Below are positions 1 to 9,636 of a stretch of DNA of 64,000 nucleotides, piece by piece. Below the pieces are notes generated by a model. The model worked only from the letters and a program-made list of their open reading frames with translations, was not told where the DNA came from and made no database searches. Both the position numbers and the translations under genes were made by a program. Every line of letters begins with the position of its first letter. The stretch's first letter is position 1. Source of the stretch: Panacagrimonas sp. (GTDB taxonomy: Bacteria; Pseudomonadota; Gammaproteobacteria; Nevskiales; Nevskiaceae); the NCBI GenBank assembly GCA_041603235.1, contig JBFIES010000012.1:33951-97950 (forward strand). The letters run 5' to 3'.

Positions 1-1280
1 TCCTTGCTGATTTCCGCAACTTCCACCCCGCGTCCCACTTTGCCACTGCCCTCCTGATAGACGCTGATGGTCTCCTTGAGCCAAGCGGCCAGCGGGATCA
101 CATCGGGTGCGGCGGTCTCCCGACGCGACAGCGCCATGACGTCATTGATGATCTTGTCGATGCGGTCGCTGTGCCGCTGGATCATGGCGAGCAAACGCCG
201 GTTTTCGTTGCTCAGATCAGGCGTTTCGTACATCAACTGACCCGCGTGGCTGATCGCCGACAGCGGGTTTCTGATTTCGTGCGCGATGCTTGCTGACAAT
301 CGCCCCAACGCCGCCAGCTTGATCTGCTGCGCCTGTTCGCGCAGCCGTGAGGCATCCTCGAGCTCAACCATGATGGGTGACTGGGCAGTGGAGCCAAGCC
401 GGGTGATTCGTACATTGACCTCACCCATGTTGTTGCCAAGCGACAAGGGCCCTTCATCGGATTCCCGTGACGCCTGCCAGTAGCGCAGGCGTTCTGCCAG
501 TGGCGGGCACTCCAATTCCAGACTGCGCCCTTCGGCTCGGCTGGTCGTACGCAACAGGTCGCGCGCGGCTGCATTGAGGTTGGCGATATCCAGATTCTCG
601 TTGAGCACCAGCAGGCCGGTATCCATTGACTCGAGCACGACGTCATTGAGCCGCGACAAGCTATCGAACTCGCTGCCCACGCGACGCGCCAGCGCCTCAC
701 TCTTTCGCGCACGCTGGGCAACGGTGTTTGCTGTGATGCAAGTGCCGAACAGAATCAGTCCAAGCACGCCTGTAGAGGTGAAACCATTGCTGTCGATGGC
801 GGTGCCGGCGGTGCGAAGAAACTCCTCTCCAAACATCACCAGAGTTGCAATGGCCGCCAACGCCAGCGCCATACGAGGCGATACCACCAAAGCACAGGTC
901 ACAGTGGGGATCAGCAGCAAGGTCCCCAGGCCAGCATCAATGCCGCCGCTGGAGAAAACCAGCGTCGCGATTGCGCCCAGATCGACCAGGAAGTTGAGTA
1001 GCGCCTGCACCAGAATCTGTGGGCGCTGGTTTTGCACCAGCCAGGTGAGCAACAAGCCTGCGGCGGCGTAGATCTGGCAGGTCCACCGATACCAGTCCGG
1101 TTTGACCGCAGCCAGGATTTGCGGCGTGTAGCTGCTCGCCATCAAGGCAAGCAGCAAGCCGACCAATGCCAGTCGGTAGAACGACAGCAATCGCAGGACG
1201 CGCCAGTCTTCGGGCGTAGCGACATCCCCTGCTAAACGCGCATCACCTGCACTTAAGTTCAGTCCTGCGATTACCGACAC
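1..1280 (-). CDS. pilS: Type IV pili two-component sensor histidine kinase, truncated by the window edge
   Basis: Not in the ORF track because it runs off the edge. Manual translation of the minus strand gives DWRVLRLLSFYRL near the N-terminus and the H-box QIKLAALGRLSASIAHEIRNPLSAISHA near 320-240. Putative GTG start at 1280 is in frame; the exact start is uncertain. Confidence 0.88.
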   Translation of the reverse strand, partial: MSVIAGLNLSAGDARLAGDVATPEDWRVLRLLSFYRLALVGLLLALMASSYTPQILAAVKPDWYRWTCQIYAAAGLLLTWLVQNQRPQILVQALLNFLVDLGAIATLVFSSGGIDAGLGTLLLIPTVTCALVVSPRMALALAAIATLVMFGEEFLRTAGTAIDSNGFTSTGVLGLILFGTCITANTVAQRARKSEALARRVGSEFDSLSRLNDVVLESMDTGLLVLNENLDIANLNAAARDLLRTTSRAEGRSLELECPPLAERLRYWQASRESDEGPLSLGNNMGEVNVRITRLGSTAQSPIMVELEDASRLREQAQQIKLAALGRLSASIAHEIRNPLSAISHAGQLMYETPDLSNENRRLLAMIQRHSDRIDKIINDVMALSRRETAAPDVIPLAAWLKETISVYQEGSGKVGRGVEVAEISK

Positions 1281-1483
1281 TTCTTGCACCGTCCGGAAGA
1301 GTTCAGGGCGCTGACCGGCACATGCACCTCGCATTTGCTGCAGGGTTTCATCGGCTCAAATTCATTGGGTCTGCTGTCGTGCATCTTCGATTCGCTCGGC
1401 CGGGACATCCAGGTGCGATACAGCCTGAAGCCCAGCCAGACAATGGCAGCAACAGCCAGGGCGCGGGCAAACAGGTAAGACAT
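1271..1483 (-). CDS. Small PP0621-like protein with N-terminal TM helix and CxxC...CxxC
   Basis: 70 aa with a hydrophobic N-terminus and PMKPCSKCEVHVP...CKKC; this type of gene commonly sits directly upstream of pilS. Confidence 0.7.
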   Translation of the reverse strand: MSYLFARALAVAAIVWLGFRLYRTWMSRPSESKMHDSRPNEFEPMKPCSKCEVHVPVSALNSSGRCKKCR

Positions 1484-1699
1484 TCAAGGGTATGCACTAT
1501 TTGTCTGAACCGTGATGATAGCGGCCATTGTCCATGATCTGACACTGGCATCGACCCCGATGTCCACAAATGGTGCAACAACTTCGCGCGAAAGATTGCA
1601 CGCAGTGCTTTGCACCCACCCTGCGAGTAGGGGAGAATCTCGGCCCCGCTGAATCTTGCGCGGGCTCAATTTACTCATCTGTACGCCCAAGGGGGCCGC

Positions 1700-2863
1700 A
1701 TGAATCTCCACGAATACCAGGCCAAGGCGCTGTTCGCGCGCTACGGCATTCCCGTTCCAGAGGGCGTTCTTGCCGAAAGTCCCGAAGCTGCCCGTGCTGC
1801 TGCCAAACAGCTTGGAACCGAGAAAGTTGTCGTCAAAGCACAGGTCCACGCTGGTGGCCGCGGCAAAGTAGGCGGCGTCAAGCTGGTCAACGGCCCGGAA
1901 GAAGCAGAAGAAGCAGCCAAGGGCATGCTCGGCCAGCGACTGGTGACCAAGCAGACCGACGCCGCTGGATTGCCGATCAACTCGGTCTGGGTTGAAAAGC
2001 CCTCCAACATTGCTCGTGAGCTGTATGTATCCGGCCTGGTGGACCGCACACGCGAGTGCGTAGTGTTCATGGCTTCGGCCGAAGGCGGCATGGACATCGA
2101 AGAAGTTGCCGAGAAGACGCCAGAGAAGATCAAGCACGTCTACGTCAATCCAGCAGCCGGCATGCAGCCCTATCAGGCACGCGAGCTGGCTTTTTTCATG
2201 GGCCTCAACAAAGAGCAGACCGAGCAGTTCACCAAGGTGATGATGGGCCTGTACCGAATCTTCACTGAGCGTGATGCCTCGCTGGTCGAGATCAATCCGC
2301 TCATCGTGACCGCTGAAGGCAATGTCTTCGCGCTGGACGCCAAGCTCAACTTTGACGAAAACGCGCTGTATCGCCAGAAAGCGATCGCCGAACAGCGCGA
2401 CCCCAGCCAGGAAGATGCCGTTGAGCGTGCTGCTGCAAAGTTCGACCTCAACTACGTAACTCTGGATGGCAGCATCGGCTGCATGGTTAACGGCGCCGGC
2501 CTGGCCATGGCGACCATGGATATCGTCAAGCTGCACGGCGGCCAGCCCGCCAACTTCCTGGATGTTGGCGGCGGCACAACTGCCGAGAAAGTGACTGAGG
2601 CGTTCAAGCTGATTACGTCCAGCCCCGACGTGAAAGCCATCTTCATCAATATTTTTGGCGGCATCGTTCGCTGCGACCTGATTGCCGAAGGCATCATCGC
2701 CGCCTGCAAGCAGACCGGCCTCAAGCTGCCGGTTGTCGCGCGTCTGCAGGGCACGAACATGGAGCAGGGTCAGAAGCTGCTCAGCGAGTCGGGCCTGGCC
2801 ATTACCCCCGTCTCCGATCTCACAGAAGCGGCCCAGACGGTCGTCAAACTGGCAAAAGGCTAA
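1700..2863 (+). CDS. sucC: Succinyl-CoA synthetase beta subunit
   Basis: MNLHEYQAK start, [34 protein letters not shown]. Confidence 0.99.
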   Translation: MNLHEYQAKALFARYGIPVPEGVLAESPEAARAAAKQLGTEKVVVKAQVHAGGRGKVGGVKLVNGPEEAEEAAKGMLGQRLVTKQTDAAGLPINSVWVEKPSNIARELYVSGLVDRTRECVVFMASAEGGMDIEEVAEKTPEKIKHVYVNPAAGMQPYQARELAFFMGLNKEQTEQFTKVMMGLYRIFTERDASLVEINPLIVTAEGNVFALDAKLNFDENALYRQKAIAEQRDPSQEDAVERAAAKFDLNYVTLDGSIGCMVNGAGLAMATMDIVKLHGGQPANFLDVGGGTTAEKVTEAFKLITSSPDVKAIFINIFGGIVRCDLIAEGIIAACKQTGLKLPVVARLQGTNMEQGQKLLSESGLAITPVSDLTEAAQTVVKLAKG

Positions 2864-2869
2864 GTATTC

Positions 2870-3745
2870 ATGAGCATTCTTATCGACAAGAACACCAAGG
2901 TCATCTGCCAGGGCTTCACCGGCAAGCAGGGTACGTTTCACTCTGACCAGGCCATCACTTACGGCACCAAGATGGTTGGCGGCGTTTCCCCCGGCAAGGG
3001 CGGAACAACCCACCTCAAGCTGCCTGTGTTCAATACCGCCCATGACGCGGTGGCTGCAACCGGCGCCGAAGCCTCCATGATCTACGTGCCCGCCCCGGGC
3101 GCTGCCGACGCCATTCTTGAAGCCGCCGATGCGGGCATCAAGGTGGTGGTCTGCATTACCGAAGGCATTCCGGTCAGCGACATGATCCGGGTCAAGGCTG
3201 CACTGGCGTCCACTTATCCGGACACCGTCCTGATTGGGCCGAACTGCCCCGGCGTGATCACCCCGGGCGAATGCAAGATCGGCATCATGCCGGGCCACAT
3301 CCACAAGCCGGGCAGGATTGGCATTGTGTCGCGTTCCGGCACCCTGACCTATGAAACCGTGCACCAGACCACGCAGAACGGCCTGGGCCAGAGCACCTGC
3401 GTCGGCATCGGCGGCGACCCCGTTCGCGGCTGGGGCTTCATCGAAGTCATCAAGATGTTCGAAGCCGATCCGGCCACCGACGGCATCATCATGGTGGGCG
3501 AGATTGGTGGCAGCTCAGAAGAAGAAGCGGCCGAGTACATCAAGGCCAACGTGAAGAAGCCGGTTGTGGCCTACATCGCTGGCGTCACTGCCCCGGCGGG
3601 CAAGCGCATGGGCCATGCAGGCGCGATCATCGCTGGCGGCAAGGGCACAGCTGACGAGAAGTTTGCTGCGCTGGAAGCCGCGGGCGTCAAGACTGTGCGC
3701 TCACCGGCAGACCTGGGCGCAGCAATGAAGGCGCTGCTGGCCTGA
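2870..3745 (+). CDS. sucD: Succinyl-CoA synthetase alpha subunit
   Basis: [31 protein letters not shown] phosphohistidine motif; follows sucC. Confidence 0.99.
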   Translation: MSILIDKNTKVICQGFTGKQGTFHSDQAITYGTKMVGGVSPGKGGTTHLKLPVFNTAHDAVAATGAEASMIYVPAPGAADAILEAADAGIKVVVCITEGIPVSDMIRVKAALASTYPDTVLIGPNCPGVITPGECKIGIMPGHIHKPGRIGIVSRSGTLTYETVHQTTQNGLGQSTCVGIGGDPVRGWGFIEVIKMFEADPATDGIIMVGEIGGSSEEEAAEYIKANVKKPVVAYIAGVTAPAGKRMGHAGAIIAGGKGTADEKFAALEAAGVKTVRSPADLGAAMKALLA

Positions 3746-3797
3746 ACCCGTTGCAGATGACTACACAGTCATCAGCCCGAACGCGTCGAGCCACAAT

Positions 3798-5411
3798 ATG
3801 AGCGAGCCTCTGCGTATTGTCGCCGCCCAGATCAATCTCTGGGTGGGCGACATTGAGGGTAATGCCGAGAAGATCATCAAGGCATCCATCCGTGCGCGTG
3901 ACGAGTTGCGCGCAGACCTCATCGTCTTCCCGGAACTGGCCCTGCTGGGCTATCCGCCGGATGATCTTCTCCTGCGTTCGGGGCTACCCGCTGCAGTGGA
4001 AAGTGGTCTGAATCGTATTCAGAGAAGCGTTCAGGGCATTCACATGGTAGTGGGCCATCCGGAGTACGCAGGCGATGCCTGCTACAACGCGGCCACTGTT
4101 TTTCGCGATGGCGAAGTGGTTCGTCGTCACCGCAAACGCCTGTTGCCCAACTACGGCGTATTCGACGAGATGCGGCATTTTCAGGCCGGCAGCAGCGCCT
4201 GCGTATTCGACCTCAAGGGCGTACCGTTGGGTCTTTGCATTTGCGAAGACATCTGGAGCCCCGGCCCGATCGACGAGAGTCGCGATCAGGGTGCCCGGAT
4301 GATTCTGAACATCAATGCTTCACCGTTTGCGCGGCGAAAGTCGCCTCGACGCGAAGCGGTGCTCAAGGCCAGGGTCGAGGAGTCCGGTCTGCCCATCCTG
4401 TACGTCAACATGGTGGGTGGCCAGGATGACCTCCTTTTCGACGGCGATTCCGCAGCGATCAACGCACAGGGCGAAATTGTTTTCCGCGCGCCGGCTTTCG
4501 AAGAAGACCTGTTTGTCGTCGAGTTTGAAGATGGCCGGCTGACCGGCAACGTTCATCCGCCGATGTCGCGCGAGGCCACCGTCTATAAGGGACTGGTACA
4601 GGCCGTGCGCGATTACACCAATCGCAACGGATTTCCGGGCGCTCTGATCGGCTTGTCCGGCGGCATTGATTCAGCGCTGGTCGCGGCCATTGCCGCTGAC
4701 GCGCTGGGCGCGGATCGTGTCTGGGGGGTCTCCATGCCCTCGCGCTACACCATGGACATGTCCAATGACGATGCGCGCATCGAGGCCGAAGCGCTGGGCA
4801 TCAAGTACAGCGTGCTGCCCATCGAGCAATGCTTTGGCGCCTTTACGGATACCTTGGCCGAGGCCTTCAGCGGCAAGGATGTTAATATCACCGAAGAGAA
4901 CATCCAGTCCCGCACCCGCGGCATGTTGCTGATGGCGTTGTCCAACAAGTTTGGTCACGTGGTCCTCACTACCGGCAACAAGTCGGAAATGGCAGTGGGC
5001 TATGCCACCTTGTACGGCGACATGTGCGGCGGATTTGCGCCGATCAAGGACGCCTACAAGACGCTGGTCTACGACCTGGCGCGCTATCGCAATACGATTT
5101 CACCGGTCATCCCGGAGCGCGTGATCGAGCGGCCACCCTCTGCCGAACTGCGGCCGGATCAGAAAGATTCGGATTCACTGCCGCCCTATGACGTGCTGGA
5201 CCCGATCCTCGAAGCCTACGTGGAGGATAGCCGGTCCATCTCGGACATTATTGCCATGGGCTTCGATGAGGCCACCGTCAAGCGCATCGCTGCGCTGGTA
5301 CGTCGCTCCGAGTACAAGCGACGCCAGGCGCCTCCAGGGCCCAAGGTCACGCGCCACGCTTTTGGCCGCGAACGTCGCTACCCGCTGACCGCGGTCTATG
5401 GCGACGTCTGA
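3798..5411 (+). CDS. nadE: Glutamine-dependent NAD+ synthetase
   Basis: N-terminal nitrilase domain (FPEL, ICEDIW) plus GLSGGIDS, TGNKSE, PPSAELRPDQKD, SEYKRRQAPPG. Confidence 0.97.
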   Translation: MSEPLRIVAAQINLWVGDIEGNAEKIIKASIRARDELRADLIVFPELALLGYPPDDLLLRSGLPAAVESGLNRIQRSVQGIHMVVGHPEYAGDACYNAATVFRDGEVVRRHRKRLLPNYGVFDEMRHFQAGSSACVFDLKGVPLGLCICEDIWSPGPIDESRDQGARMILNINASPFARRKSPRREAVLKARVEESGLPILYVNMVGGQDDLLFDGDSAAINAQGEIVFRAPAFEEDLFVVEFEDGRLTGNVHPPMSREATVYKGLVQAVRDYTNRNGFPGALIGLSGGIDSALVAAIAADALGADRVWGVSMPSRYTMDMSNDDARIEAEALGIKYSVLPIEQCFGAFTDTLAEAFSGKDVNITEENIQSRTRGMLLMALSNKFGHVVLTTGNKSEMAVGYATLYGDMCGGFAPIKDAYKTLVYDLARYRNTISPVIPERVIERPPSAELRPDQKDSDSLPPYDVLDPILEAYVEDSRSISDIIAMGFDEATVKRIAALVRRSEYKRRQAPPGPKVTRHAFGRERRYPLTAVYGDV

Positions 5412-5412
5412 G

Positions 5413-5964
5413 ATGAGCAGCGCGACATTTGATCGCGCACTCGCGGACGGTCAGTGCAGCACTGATGAAGCGCTGACGTTGTTTGATTCCCTGCCCGTAG
5501 CGCCGCTTGAAGCCATGATTGGGCATTGGAAAGGTGCGGGCTTTCCCACTGCGCATCCGCTTGATGGCGTACTGGAGGCTTTCCACTGGCACGGCAAGCG
5601 ATTTGTCGACTCGGAGCATGTGCATCCCCTGATTTTCTCTAGCCGATCGGGCAAGCATTGGAGCGTCAACCCGGTCTGGGCATTGCCCCTGGTCGGCATC
5701 CTCGCGAGTGAGCGCGTGCCGAAATGGCATTGGCTCGGCACCCTCTTTCAATGGCTGCTGCCCGTTTTTTCGACACGCCGCAGTCGCGCGCGGTTGCGTG
5801 CGACGGAATACCGTGGGCAGACCAGCGCCACAATGAGTTACGACAACCTGCCAATCAACGACGTCTTTCGCTGGGTTGACGCAGACACTCTGCTCGGCGC
5901 GATGGACCTCAAGGGCATGTCGCGACCTTTCTTTTTTGTTCTGCGACGTGAAGGCAGCAGCTGA
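5413..5964 (+). CDS. GXWXG/DUF4334 domain protein
   Basis: IGHWKG and HPLDGVLEAFHWHGKRF, then MSYDNLPINDVFR...LLGAMD...FFFVLRR. ATG at 5413 lies 1 nt after the nadE stop. Confidence 0.75.
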   Translation: MSSATFDRALADGQCSTDEALTLFDSLPVAPLEAMIGHWKGAGFPTAHPLDGVLEAFHWHGKRFVDSEHVHPLIFSSRSGKHWSVNPVWALPLVGILASERVPKWHWLGTLFQWLLPVFSTRRSRARLRATEYRGQTSATMSYDNLPINDVFRWVDADTLLGAMDLKGMSRPFFFVLRREGSS

Positions 5965-6159
5965 TCAGCGCAACAACCCGCAATGCTCTGCACCGCTTTC
6001 GTGCGCCGCCCTTCCGGAGAGCAGATTCGCTCAACTTTGATTACAGGCTCCGCAGAAGGCCGGACATCACGCCAGTCACATGCTCGCCCTTTGTCCGGAA
6101 TTCCCAATGATTCAGCTCGATTCCCCTACTGATTTGTCGCACAGGGCTCGCCTCCAAGC

Positions 6160-6639
6160 ATGAAATGCAGGCTAACGATTCTGGTCTCGGCAGCCATTCT
6201 TACCGCCTGCTTCGGAAGCAATCGCAGGCCCATCGAAATCACGGACTCCTTTGACACCAGGATCACCGTCAGCGGCCTGAAGATATTTGACTACGTCGCC
6301 CTCAGCGGCCAAGACCGGTTTCCACCAGTGAAGTTTGGCCATGAGCAGCCGGTGGACCAGAACGGCGGGGAAGACGACGATGCGCACGCGCGAGAGCAGG
6401 CCGGCGGGGGCAAGAGCTCCCGGATCAGCCTGAAAAAATTCAGGGCCCTGAGCCGCGAATTACTGGAGAAGAGACTCACAGAAACTGGCTTCTGCCGGGA
6501 CGGCTATCTGATTCTCAACAGTGATGTCAGTCGCATGGCAGCAAGAATTCGCGGTGAGTGTGTTGAAGCCGCGAGTGACGAGGATCGCGTCAATTTTGCC
6601 GGCGATATGGCCTCGCCCGCGTCCACCGCGTTGCCATAA
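6160..6639 (+). CDS. Hypothetical lipoprotein
   Basis: Signal peptide with lipobox ILTAC; C-terminal GFCRDGY...RGECVE segment. Confidence 0.65.
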   Translation: MKCRLTILVSAAILTACFGSNRRPIEITDSFDTRITVSGLKIFDYVALSGQDRFPPVKFGHEQPVDQNGGEDDDAHAREQAGGGKSSRISLKKFRALSRELLEKRLTETGFCRDGYLILNSDVSRMAARIRGECVEAASDEDRVNFAGDMASPASTALP

Positions 6640-6745
6640 AGAAGTGCCTGGCCACCGGACAAGGGGCAATTCTGAGGTCACATGGCTTCTGAAATACCGC
6701 TAATCCGCCTGTAACGATTATACTTGGGCCATATCAATCAACTGA

Positions 6746-7237
6746 ATGCGTTCAAGGGAGTTGGGCTTGGAACACGAAGACCATGACAGTGTTTTCTTTG
6801 TCAATTTTGGAGCGGTTCTAGCTGCGCTGGGTGGCATCTTTGTCATCTGCATCGTCGCGGCACGGATTCTCGTTCCCGATCAATCACCAGATCCGGATGC
6901 GCTGGCGCAGCTGGAACAGCGAATCCAGCCTGTCGGCAAGGTCGTGACTGACCCCGCCATGCTGGTCAAGGTTTCGGCCAAGGCCGAAGCGCGCGAAGCC
7001 TATACGGGTGAAGAAGTAATGGCCAAGGCCTGCAATGCCTGCCATCAGACCGGTGTGCTGGACGCACCGAAGAACGGTGACAGTGCTGCCTGGACTGCAC
7101 GCGCCGGCGCTGCAGGCGGTCTCGACGGACTGGTCGCTTCCGCTATCGAGGGCAAGAACGCAATGCCTCCGAGAGGCGGCATGGCTGATCTGTCGGATGA
7201 AGAGATCAAGGCTGCCATCGAATTGATGATGCAGTAA
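6746..7237 (+). CDS. Cytochrome c5 family protein
   Basis: N-terminal TM helix, RIQPVGKV, heme motif CNACH, AMPPRGG axial Met. Start may be the TTG at 6767. Confidence 0.92.
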   Translation: MRSRELGLEHEDHDSVFFVNFGAVLAALGGIFVICIVAARILVPDQSPDPDALAQLEQRIQPVGKVVTDPAMLVKVSAKAEAREAYTGEEVMAKACNACHQTGVLDAPKNGDSAAWTARAGAAGGLDGLVASAIEGKNAMPPRGGMADLSDEEIKAAIELMMQ

Positions 7238-7240
7238 CAA

Positions 7241-7275
7241 GCCTTAGTACAAGCGCTAAGGCTTTAAGGTTTTAC
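7241..7275 (+). terminator. Probable terminator of the cytochrome c5 gene
   Basis: gccttag-N8-ctaaggc hairpin followed by a T-rich tract. Confidence 0.5.
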
Positions 7276-7375
7276 AGAGCGGCGCAGAGGGATGATGAGC
7301 CGACATTAACGACTGCCATCGAAGCAGTTGTCACGCAGGAAAGTGGGGCCCGTCTCGTGGGGACGATCGGGTTGA

Positions 7376-7506
7376 CCTGAGGTTACTACGAGGCAACCGG
7401 CCATGGCCTGGCCGGGGGCAACGCGTGCAAGTCACGCGGTTGGGTAGCTTGGCCGTAGTGAAATCTGATCGCGGAAAGCGACAGACAGGGAAAATCACCT
7501 CAGGAG
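7376..7506 (+). ncRNA. Candidate structured 5' leader RNA that sequesters the porin RBS (class unknown)
   Basis: Nested helices 7376-7383/7497-7504, 7384-7390/7454-7460, 7397-7403/7409-7415, 7422-7427/7433-7438 and 7469-7472/7478-7481, read by eye. Confidence 0.5.
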
Positions 7507-7513
7507 TTACAAA

Positions 7514-8650
7514 ATGAAAATATCTAAAGCGTTGTTGGGCTCGACCGCCCTGCTGGCGGCCTTTGCTTCGGCCGGCGTGCAGGCGGCAGACAAGCGGAAA
7601 GTTTCCGGTGCTGTGACCGCATTGTCAGCAGCTGATCTGGACATCGGTGCCAGCTTCGACATGTCCTATGACTGGGCGGCAAACGACACAACCGTCGGCC
7701 GCACGTTCCGGACAGAAAATGATGGCTTCGTCATGCACCAGGTCAATGTGCGCGGCGGTGCGCAGTGGTCCAATGGCATTGGTGCTCACGTCAATGTGGT
7801 GCTCGGCAACGACGCCAATGTCATCAGCGGCAATGGCGAAGACGATGACTTCGACCTGACTCAGGCCTATCTGTCCAAGACACACGGCAACCTGAGCGTC
7901 ATGGGCGGCCGTTTCGTCACGCTGGCTGGCATGGAAGTCATCAACCCGACCGACAACCTCAACGCTACGCGCTCTTTCCTGTTCGGCTTCCAGCCTTTCG
8001 TGCATACCGGCGTGCGCGCCACGTATGCGCTAGGCGATACGTGGACCTTCACGGCCGGCGTCAACAATGCGCAGTTTGCCAACACCGGCAGCTCCATGGC
8101 TGGCGACAACAACACCGACACTACATTCGAAGCACAAGTCGGCTATACCCCCTTTGAAGGCCTTTCGATGTTCCTGACCGGCTATACCGGCAACGAGGAC
8201 GCAGGTGATCGCGCCCAGACTCCCGGCATGGTCAACGACGCCGATTTGCGCTTTGACACGATGGATCTGGTCGTCAACTATCAGGTCCTTCCACAGCTGT
8301 ACGTAGGCTTGAACGCGGACTACTTCAACTCGGAGGACCCGACAGGCGGCAGCAGCGAGGCTGTTGGCGTGGCGAGCTATCTCAACTACCAGTTCAACTC
8401 GAAGCTGCGTGCGGCTTACCGAAACGAGTACCTGGAATTCAAGGATGCCGGCGCTGGCAGTGGTAGCGATATCCTGCGCTCCAACACACTGACTCTCGGC
8501 TACAGCTGCATCGAGAATTTCGAAATTGCACTGGAAGCCCGTCATGACAAGGCCACCGGCGACGCAAATTCAGCCCCGTTTGCACCGATCGACATGTTCG
8601 CAGAGGACGATCAGGTCACCGGCACGCTGCGCACGACCTTCAAGTTCTGA
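7514..8650 (+). CDS. Outer-membrane beta-barrel protein, putative porin (BBP2/DUF1597-like)
   Basis: Signal peptide, FDLTQAY...GRFVTLAGMEVI...N ATRSFLFGFQPFVHTGVR, terminal aromatic residue (FKF). Confidence 0.8.
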   Translation: MKISKALLGSTALLAAFASAGVQAADKRKVSGAVTALSAADLDIGASFDMSYDWAANDTTVGRTFRTENDGFVMHQVNVRGGAQWSNGIGAHVNVVLGNDANVISGNGEDDDFDLTQAYLSKTHGNLSVMGGRFVTLAGMEVINPTDNLNATRSFLFGFQPFVHTGVRATYALGDTWTFTAGVNNAQFANTGSSMAGDNNTDTTFEAQVGYTPFEGLSMFLTGYTGNEDAGDRAQTPGMVNDADLRFDTMDLVVNYQVLPQLYVGLNADYFNSEDPTGGSSEAVGVASYLNYQFNSKLRAAYRNEYLEFKDAGAGSGSDILRSNTLTLGYSCIENFEIALEARHDKATGDANSAPFAPIDMFAEDDQVTGTLRTTFKF

Positions 8651-8672
8651 ACCTACCAGAGCTGAATGACAG

Positions 8673-8705
8673 AGGGGCCGCGCATCGCGCGGCCCCTTTT
8701 TATTT
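8673..8705 (+). terminator. Rho-independent terminator
   Basis: aggggccgcgc-atc-gcgcggcccct followed by a T-run. Confidence 0.9.
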
Positions 8706-8712
8706 GTTCGCA

Positions 8713-8729
8713 TGCCTTGTTTTGGTGCA
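8713..8729. promoter_or_regulatory. NtrC-like enhancer site
   Basis: TGCCTTGTTTTGGTGCA against consensus TGCACY-N5-GGTGCA: right half exact, left half partial; about 100 bp upstream of the predicted sigma54 start site. Confidence 0.55.
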
Positions 8730-8800
8730 AGCCGAGCCGAAGCTGCGCAGCGCGCTCAAGAAAGATACATAACCTGTTGTTTATTATGATTTTGTTACAG

Positions 8801-8817
8801 TAGGCACGGGCTTTGCT
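8801..8817 (+). promoter_or_regulatory. Sigma54 (-24/-12) promoter
   Basis: taGGCACGGGCTTTGCT, with GG and GC separated by exactly 10 nt; preceded by an AT-rich tract at 8760-8800. Confidence 0.8.
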
Positions 8818-8902
8818 GAGAGTCCTGCGGGGGCGCACACCAATGTCGGTGTCCGTTCTGGGATGGTTCCCAATAAAACTTCCTCAGGAGAGGTTCTCAG
8901 CA

Positions 8903-9616
8903 ATGAATTTCAAGAAAGCAGTGGTAGGTTCTCTGATTGGCGCCGGCATGCTGGCCAGCCCCGCCGCGTTTGCAGGCTTCACCGGCAATATCGGGGTCAC
9001 CAGCAAATATTTGTTCCGAGGTATTGAGCAGGGTGGTGGCGCGGCCGTGCAGGGCGGCATTGACTACGGCCACGATGAAACCGGTCTGTACGCAGGCACC
9101 TGGGTATCGAACATCGGCTTCGCCGGCGGTAGCGGCGACGACGAAGGCGCTGAGGTGGATCTGTACGGCGGCTGGTCCAAGGAATTTGGCGGCGTCAGCG
9201 TAGATCTGGGCCTGCTCTATTACTGGTACCCGGAAGAAGATGAAGCCGGCGCCGACTACAGCACGCTCGAATATTACGGCGGCCTCGGTTATGGCCCGTT
9301 CAGCGTTACCTACTACTACTCCAGCGAACTGAACTACTTCATGGGCACGGGCAACGCCGAATCCGCAGGTTATGTTTCTGTTGGCATGGAGCTGCCGATC
9401 ACGGATTCACTGGCCTTCGTTGCCTCCTACGGTAATTTCCACGGCGACGAGATTGAGGCTGTTCTTGGCACCGATGACAACTACAGCGATTACACGATTG
9501 GCTTGGCCAAATCCGTGGAAGGCTTCGGTGACTTCGGTTTCACCATTGTTGACACCGATCTGGACGACGACGATCTGGAAGTTGTCCTGAGCTGGAACAA
9601 GGGCTTCGATCTCTAA
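8903..9616 (+). CDS. TorF-family putative porin
   Basis: TSKYLFRGIEQ...AVQGGIDY...GLYAGTWVSNI...EVDLYGG. ATG at 8903 follows an AGGAG RBS; the longer start in the ORF track is unlikely. Confidence 0.85.
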   Translation: MNFKKAVVGSLIGAGMLASPAAFAGFTGNIGVTSKYLFRGIEQGGGAAVQGGIDYGHDETGLYAGTWVSNIGFAGGSGDDEGAEVDLYGGWSKEFGGVSVDLGLLYYWYPEEDEAGADYSTLEYYGGLGYGPFSVTYYYSSELNYFMGTGNAESAGYVSVGMELPITDSLAFVASYGNFHGDEIEAVLGTDDNYSDYTIGLAKSVEGFGDFGFTIVDTDLDDDDLEVVLSWNKGFDL

Positions 9617-9636
9617 GTCGAACTCAAGCGTTAAAG

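Noticed and set aside
1561-1577. NtrC-like half site TGTCCACAAATGGTGCA upstream of sucC
   Set aside because: Only the right half matches and no correctly spaced GG-N10-GC promoter follows.
1484-3364. 626-aa minus-strand ORF
   Set aside because: Antisense shadow of sucC/sucD, expected from GC-rich codon bias.
7386-7450. Resemblance of the porin leader to c-di-GMP-I (AGGCAACC...GGGCAAC...GGUAGC)
   Set aside because: It lacks the GNRA tetraloop, the receptor and the GACGCAAA junction, so it is kept as an unassigned structure.
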